A stretch of DNA of 63,454 bases, filler included, from Hyphochytrium catenoides (Eukaryota; Protista; Hyphochytriomycota): NCBI GenBank assembly GCA_900088475.1. It is 8 parts of 8 records of this genome, joined end to end, with 100 filler letters (N's around TTAATTAATTAA, not from the genome) between each part and the next. Parts side by side here need not be neighbours in the genome. Positions count along the whole stretch, not along the records: positions 53,351 to 54,624 come from FLMG01001042.1; positions 54,725 to 56,973 come from FLMG01001800.1; positions 57,074 to 62,265 come from FLMG01003908.1; positions 62,366 to 63,454 come from FLMG01000994.1; 4 more parts are not named here. The stretch is one strand, 5' to 3'. Every line of letters begins with the position of its first letter. The stretch's first letter is position 1. The notes under the pieces are model-generated. The model had not been told where the DNA came from and searched no databases. It worked only from the letters and a program-made list of their open reading frames with translations. The translations under genes and the position numbers were made by a program. Below are positions 53,351 through 63,454 of this stretch, one piece after another.

Positions 53351-54624
53351 GGGAGCTCTATCAGCTCTATCGGATGGCTCCACAACTCGCTGCATGGCCG
53401 AAAATTCATGGGAACAAGTATTCGTTACTTCTGTATAAAAAATACTTAGTACAACTAAATGAACGAAAGTTGTCAATCTTTGAGTCCGTTAGTAGTCTTT
53501 GCGGCGTCTCAGCTTTGAAGAAACGAGGGCTTTAGCAAACATTAATCACCGCCTAGTCTAGCTGCCCGTTGCCCACGGTAGAAGCTACAAAGGCTACGCA
53601 TGGAATCCCCTGGACTTGACATGTCTTCTTGCTTCTCATTTCGCCTACATCATGGCCCCGGTGGTCTGCCAATTCCTACCATACATTGTTTCGCGAAGCG
53701 CGAAGGTTGCCTTCTTTGCTCTGCCTCATGCCCATTCAGCCACCAGCCATCTTCTTGCCCCTTCTTGTCTCCGTCATCCATGACGCTAGCCTTTTTGCAC
53801 GGCAGATAGGTCATAGCTCCGGCCTCTCAGCGTCGTCGAGATAAGCAGTGCAACGCCTGCAACACACTCATCACCGCCACAGAAATTTCCGTTTCAGGTG
53901 GCAAATGTGATAACCAGATTAGAATCAGAGTGTCTAGTTTTTTGGCGCCAACGGCGTGAATTTGCTTCAACTCCTCCTCCTCCTCCTTTCCTCCTCCACT
54001 CCCAAAACTGATGGGAAGCTTTCTCTCTCTCTCTCTCCCACTCTGTCTCTCTCTCTGGCTCCACATCTCCCGCTGTTTCTCTCCAGGTTTCCCTCGCTCG
54101 CTCGCTGGCCTCCTTCGTTCTGCTTCTCTTCTCCGTATCCCCGACTTACTACTCTCTCTCTCTCTCTCTCTCTCTCCCGTGTTGTTTCGCACCTCCCTTC
54201 GTGGTCTGTCATAGAGGGAGGTCGGCTCTTCATCACCTTTCTTGGGTGTGCTTACAGAGCATTTCCCCCGAGCCCATCCTCCAGTTTGTCTGGCTTTCCT
54301 CCGTGCAGCTGCGCTGCATCCCGCCGAGTGGTCTTTTTAAGCTGCTTCCCGCCATTATTTTGGCGCTCACGCAGAGCTCTGATTCAGCTGTTAAAAGAGG
54401 CGTCACATCGTCTCTTGCCCAGGCGGAAGAAGGGAAAGACCCGACTCTAGACCGCACTCTGGACTGCAGGAGTTATGATTGGGCAGGTTGTGGCTCGATT
54501 GCTCTGGTAAGCACTTAGACTCTTTATCTTCAGCCGTTGTCACAGCCAAATAGTGCTGAGATGAAACTCTGTAGTGACGTGATAGGATGCCTCTACCCTG
54601 TTTACGCCTCAGCCAAGGCCGCGC

Positions 54625-54724
54625 NNNNNNNNNNNNNNNNNNNNNNNNNNNNNNNNNNNNNNNNNNNNTTAATTAATTAANNNNNNNNNNNNNNNNNNNN
54701 NNNNNNNNNNNNNNNNNNNNNNNN
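54625..54724. other. Artificial contig-joining spacer
   Basis: 44N-TTAATTAATTAA-44N. Confidence 0.97.
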
Positions 54725-55967
54725 TACAGGAGGCCCTCACAAGGGCATGACAGGGCGCTTCTTCTTCCTCTTCTTGCCCACCGTTCAAGTTTTACGGACG
54801 CTGTTCGTTCGTAGTTGTACATCGTATCAGCGTCACTAGTGGAGACCGTTAGCGGCTATCGTAGAGCTTGGGGAGAGAGAGGAGAAGTGAGGAGCGCACC
54901 AGTGATGAGAACGAAGGCTCGGAAGCCGAGGTCAAACTGTAGCCTCTCTGTCTGTCTGTCTTCTTCTCTTTAGCTGCTCGGTACTGTCGTCGCTTCTTCT
55001 GGGTCCTCTGGGCCGCATCCTCAGCGTCATTGACCGGTGGAGCGCTGGGTAGAGCACTTGCCGCGCATCATCTTAGTAGAGCTCCAACTCGCTATTGTTC
55101 TTTCTTTGATTGGCGTCCGGGAGAAGCAGAGGAAGACAGAACCTTACGGCTTCCAGGCCCACCTTAATCAAGCGGCGGCACGTAAAAACTCTATCACTCT
55201 CCGAGCCACCGAGGTTGAACTTCTTCAAGAGTATTCCATCGTTCTTAGTAGTACTGCTGAATAGCGGTGTGGACTCATAAAGTAGCCTCCCTCAGCCAGA
55301 AGGGTTGTATGCCATCATTATGTCCTCACGCCATCTGAAGCAGATAAGGCAGAGCAAAGTCTCCGATCCCTTTGCTTTAGAGGTAGGGCGTCGGAATTTG
55401 TCTTGAAGGTCTACCTCCTCTAAACCTTTAACTTAGGCACTGGCAGACTCCTCCGATGAGGGAGAATCGTTATCAACCATCCAACACAGTCACCCAGCTA
55501 CCGCTGCAGCCTTTTCACTACTGGATGTAAGTCTTGGGCCATCTTCCGTTGCTGCGTGCTCCGCAGAATAGTTATTAAGGGAGATTATGATTATTAGCTC
55601 TCAGACGCGAGCCAGATGACATCAGAAGACGATGAGGAAGAGGAGAAAGGGGAGCCCATGGGAAAACGGCCAAACACCGACTCTAAGCAGAGTAGATCAG
55701 CTTCAGAGATGTCAGAGCGTCTTCATGCCCCGAGTGCAAAAGGTACGAAAAACCTTGGCTTAGGGTACCTAAAGGCTAGGAAGAGACACCGGATGAGAGA
55801 GATGAGGAGGCCCAGCAAACAAGAGCGTTACTTACACCGCCTGAGCGGGAGGAGATACGCGCAAGGGACGATTCAGCGCAAGATAGGAAAAGAAAGACGG
55901 TGGTTTTTGTGACGGAGAGGAGAAGGGGGAAGGAGAGGAAGAGGTAGAGCGAGAGCGCTACCTGCAG

Positions 55968-56959
55968 CACTAAACGCCATAACGTTAGAAAAAGGGTCGA
56001 AGAAACCCAAGAACAGAGGCAAGAAGAAGAAGAAAGGCTCAGATCCTAATCTTACTATCACAACGGCCAGTGAGGAGATAGATGAAGACGCTTTGTTAGC
56101 ACAAGCAATCGTCGATAACGCCTCGACCTATAGCATCAAGCCAGCTTCTTACAAGGTAAATTAGGGTCTGGGAACTCGGAGCTTTGGATCCACACTCGTA
56201 CTCATAGCAGCCATCCAAGCTCTCTAATATTCTCCTTTCCTCGATCCACTTTCCATCCTTCCTTGCTGACCCCATTCGTCTTTCTGAGGTTGCATCTGCT
56301 CTCTGTGTTATGTTGGCATCTCACCTCCTTGTACCTTTCACGTGTTTTGATGCCGTACTCTAATACTAGTTAACGCTGAACTGCGTGCACAATGGAAAAG
56401 ACTTCCAAGTGAAGTGCCGAAGCGACGACACAGTCCTGCAGTTAAAGGACCAAATCACCCAGCATCTTGGGTTCCCCCCGACTAATCAGGTAAGCAAGAT
56501 CTGACAGAGTTTGCACCAGAGTAGGCGAACAAAGCACCATGAAGAGGAAGGAAAAAACTCTATGCTGTGCAAGGAACAGCCACCTATCATGGCATTACGA
56601 GCTGACCACTGCTTGAAGCGTTTAGTCTTCAGAGGCAAGGTCTTGGGCAAGGACGAAGAACGATTAGCAGAAAGAGGGCTCAAGAATAACTCCCATGTCA
56701 CAGTCCACTTCGTGCTGAGAGCTACCAAGCAGGTGAGAGTGCAAACTCTTCTGGAGAAAAGTTATAGGACCGAGTCATCTGTTTCAACCTGTATGACATA
56801 GCGCCAAGACCCTTTTCGGCCTGTTGCCTTTACTGAGAGATATAGAAACGCGAGACTTAACTTTACCTATCGCTAACTCGTGTATTGTTGCTTCTTAGGC
56901 TGGATCCAGCCCTGATGATGCTAAGGAGCCGGAGCCGTTACCTCATACCAAGGCCGCTG
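55968..56959 (+). CDS. Partial ubiquitin-like (UBL) domain protein. Exons: ~55968-56155, 56370-56489, 56619-56732, 56899-56959; 5' end unresolved (possibly ATG 55616), 3' end truncated
   Basis: LTLNCVHNGKDFQVKCRSDDTVLQLKDQITQHLGFPPTNQ|RLVFRGKVLGKDEERLAERGLKNNSHVTVHFVLR fits the ubiquitin-fold pattern. It is preceded by an NLS-like KKKKK and a UIM-like EEIDEDALLAQAI. Confidence 0.75.
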
Positions 56960-56973
56960 GTAAGGGAGAGCGC

Positions 56974-57073
56974 NNNNNNNNNNNNNNNNNNNNNNNNNNN
57001 NNNNNNNNNNNNNNNNNTTAATTAATTAANNNNNNNNNNNNNNNNNNNNNNNNNNNNNNNNNNNNNNNNNNNN
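56974..57073. other. Artificial contig-joining spacer
   Basis: 44N-TTAATTAATTAA-44N. Confidence 0.97.
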
Positions 57074-57460
57074 TATATTGTAGCCAATCAGATCGCAGCA
57101 TTAGGTGGCCGTTGACGGTGCTATAAATACTGTTTACTGCTCCCCGGTGGAGATGCTCTTATAAGGCCACAGTCAAATCCCTGTAAAAAACGGTATAATT
57201 GACAGCTTCGCAAGCTTTTCCTTCCATTCTGCGAATTATCGCGATTTTGACAGAGGCCCGAAAACTGATCTGTGTGGATCATCAGAGTTCGCAGCTTTCA
57301 GAGCTTCATCATCACCTCCCAGGCCACAAGGCGGAAAGGTATTGACGGAGCTCTGAAGAAAATTCTGCAGTCAGACTGTCCCACGTGAGGCCTTTCAGAT
57401 CTTTCATCAACAGCTGTGGCGTCGCTGTAGGATAGTAGGAGGACGTCGGATTCGAGAATA

Positions 57461-60862
<3,402 letters not shown>

Positions 60863-61843
60863 AAGAAATGTACCTTACGCCAGCCATTGACCTCTTATGA
60901 CGAGAAAACGTCCTCGTTCCTTTCTTCCTCTTCTTTCCGTCTCTGCCTTCTTCTCTCCTTCCTTCTCTGCTTCACGCTCCTTGCTTCGTCTCTCGCATAG
61001 AAGAAGAGCTTTAGAAACATGGCGAAACGGTACTGAAGAGGAAGAAGACTACTTTTTGGAGCATTGCAACTCTATAGATCGTCGGCCTCCGCTGATAATC
61101 TTATTCTAGTTAATATTAGTAATCAATAGGGCAGTCTTCACAACCGTTTTGCCTCTGCCAGGAAGAGAAAAGTTGTCTCTTTTTCCCTACGACCCTTTCT
61201 CGTCCTCTTCTTCACGGTCACCGACAGAGAGAGAGAGGAGAGAACAAGAAAGAGAGCGCAGATAGGAAAGAGAGAGAGAGAGAAGGAAGAGAGACAGAGA
61301 GGGAAGCGAGGTAGATATAAAAGGTAGGAGAGACACAGAGAGAGAGAGAAAAAGGAAGAACAGAGAGGACAAACGAGCGCAGCAAGAGCCAGAGCTCGAA
61401 AAAATATGCGGACAGAAGAAGAGACGTAGGAGAAGGGAGTGAGAGACACGCAAGGGAGCACTTGGCTGAGGGAGACACAGCATGGAGAGAGAGAGAGTGA
61501 GTGAGAGAGAGGGAGAGAGAGAAGTAAAAGAAGAAGAAGTATAAGCAGAAAGGAAAGGTAATAGAGGAGAGGTGATAAATAGTGTTCAGGAGAATGCAAT
61601 TGTGGAGACAGAAGATTACATTCTCAAGCGCGGACACGAACCTCTCCAATAGTTGTCAGTAGATAAGACCATGAGTTGTGACTCTCTCTCTCTCTCTATC
61701 CCCTCTTGCTCTCCTCTCCCTTCATCCTACATAGCAGCCTTCTGGCCATATGACAGCAGGCTCTCTTTCCCTGATGCTGCGAACCATGAGAGAGAGGAGT
61801 TAGGGTTGCTCAATGCTTTAGAGCTGTTGTGAGATCTTGACGA

Positions 61844-61873
<30 letters not shown>

Positions 61874-61874
<1 letters not shown>

Positions 61875-62143
61875 TGTCCTCCGCCGCAGCCATCGAGAGA
61901 GAGAAGCAGCGGCAGGAGGCTCTAGAGATAATCACAGGCTTCTGGCGGATCCACAAGGCTCGCTGCTTTGTGAAGGAGAAATGGAAGAAACAGCACCGGA
62001 AGCTGTGGGACCCTGTGCGGTACCGGCCTGGCTTCTACTATCAGCACTTTCTCTCTCTCCAGGAGAAGAGAGAGAGACCCCGGTTCATGGGGAAGAGTGA
62101 CATTCTCTCAGAGATGGAAACATATTCGGCCGTGCTGATCCAG
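61874..62143 (+). CDS. First exon of an IQ-motif / WW-like protein; truncated by the contig end
   Basis: IQ-like ALEIITGFWRIHKARCFV, a degenerate WW-like KLWDP..FYYQHFLSLQEKRERP, then AVLIQ (start of another IQ) ending at a GT donor. Confidence 0.55.
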
Positions 62144-62265
62144 GTATAACATAGGAAGTTTATCCTCTCTCTCCTATCGTCTCTGTCTACTTTCTTGCTG
62201 CTTGACCACTCTATTGTTTGGGGTCGGTCTCTCTTGCTCTCTCTCTCTCTCTCTCTCCCTCTCTT

Positions 62266-62365
62266 NNNNNNNNNNNNNNNNNNNNNNNNNNNNNNNNNNN
62301 NNNNNNNNNTTAATTAATTAANNNNNNNNNNNNNNNNNNNNNNNNNNNNNNNNNNNNNNNNNNNN
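62266..62365. other. Artificial contig-joining spacer
   Basis: 44N-TTAATTAATTAA-44N. Confidence 0.97.
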
Positions 62366-63454
62366 TCAGACTTTTTCAGACAAATTAAGACAAAAACGAA
62401 GTCACAGTGTATCTGTTTCCCCTGCCGCTTATTAACTTCCTTGTGCAACGCTCTTCTTTGCCTTCCTCATTCTTTCCTTTCATAAAATCATCATTATTCT
62501 GGTTTCCACGCTATCTTTTTTCTTTCCTCGTCCATTTCTCTTGTCTTCCTTCTTCATGATTCTTCCTGTTTTCTTTTCTTCCGTGCCCTTGCTTTTTTCT
62601 CTCTCCTCTCTCTCTTTTTTCTTCATGACCATTATAAATGTATATTCTGCGGTGCTCTGTCTTTTCTTTTGATTATTTTCTTCTTTTGTCGTCTTTTTCA
62701 TCGACTCTTCTCTCTCTTTTTTTTGCCTTTTCTTTTGCCTCTTTCTCGTGGGTTTCTTTTCCTTCTTCTAACTTCTGTGCTCTCCTTTTTCTAGCTTCTG
62801 TCGAGATGACAACGTTAGCCAGTTGTTGCCTTCCGTTTCTTCTTTTCTTCCTTCCCTTCGTGCCCTTTCTTTCTCTTTTCTCGTCCCCGTCGCCTTTCGT
62901 TTTTCTTCCGTCTCTCTCTCTCTCTCTCTCTGTTTCTCTGTTCTCTCTTTCTCTCTCTTTGTCTCACTCTCTCTCTCTTTCTCTCTCACTTTTTTCTTTC
63001 TCTTTCTCTCTCTCTCTTTTTCTTTCTCTTTCTCTCTCTCTCTCTTTCTCTCTCTTTGTTTCTGTCTCAATCTCTCTCCCTCGCCCTCTCTCTCTTCAAT
63101 CTTTCTCTTTCTCTCTCTTTCCCTCTTTGTGTCTCTCTCTCTATATATATATATGTCTGTGCCACCACGCTTTCTTTTTCTCTGTTTTGATCTCTTCCCC
63201 TCTCTCTCTCGCTTTCTCTGTCCTTTTGTGAATCCATTGGGTATGTTATGCTGAATTATACTCATTGGTATTGTTGATAAGCGGCTTGAATTGTCTGTTA
63301 TCAAGAATAATCTGCACTCCTTTGATTATAAACGTGTATACGCCTATTCGGGATGATTGCAAAGGATACCACGCTTATCCCTAAACTTTACATTGCTGTT
63401 AGACAGAACCCAGTCTCCAGGTCTCCTCCTGGAGAGGAAAACAAGTGGTGGTGG

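Overview
This is intron-rich eukaryotic DNA, not prokaryotic. It is a concatenation of 8 segments joined by identical artificial 100-bp spacers (44N-TTAATTAATTAA-44N), so gene order across spacers means nothing. Many introns and intergenic regions are saturated with (CT)n/(AG)n tracts, so most listed ORFs (SLSL/ERER) are noise. By hand-splicing phase-consistent GT-AG exons I recovered endonuclease V, an SDR-type L-threonine 3-dehydrogenase, a DUF1295 steroid-reductase-like protein with an altered core motif, a GPI-type EGF surface protein, CWC24/RNF113, a partial UBL protein, a partial IQ/WW-like protein and a partial, tentatively PEX26-like gene with a decayed copy nearby. Uninterrupted ORFs encode a SET/post-SET protein, a hybrid histidine kinase and two paralogous Cys-domain surface proteins. 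Three items stand out. (1) A 12-exon gene absent from the ORF track joins a NIPP1/kanadaptin-type FHA domain, a tepsin-like VHS-type helical domain and an AP-4-beta-like appendage domain. (2) The kinase has three tandem FixL-type heme-PAS domains plus a duplicated GGCPF motif. (3) The two surface proteins share an unrecognised 7-Cys domain near RxL motifs. From memory, CWC24 and the EGF protein look oomycete/stramenopile-like; this is inference. All family assignments come from recalled motifs, with no database search.
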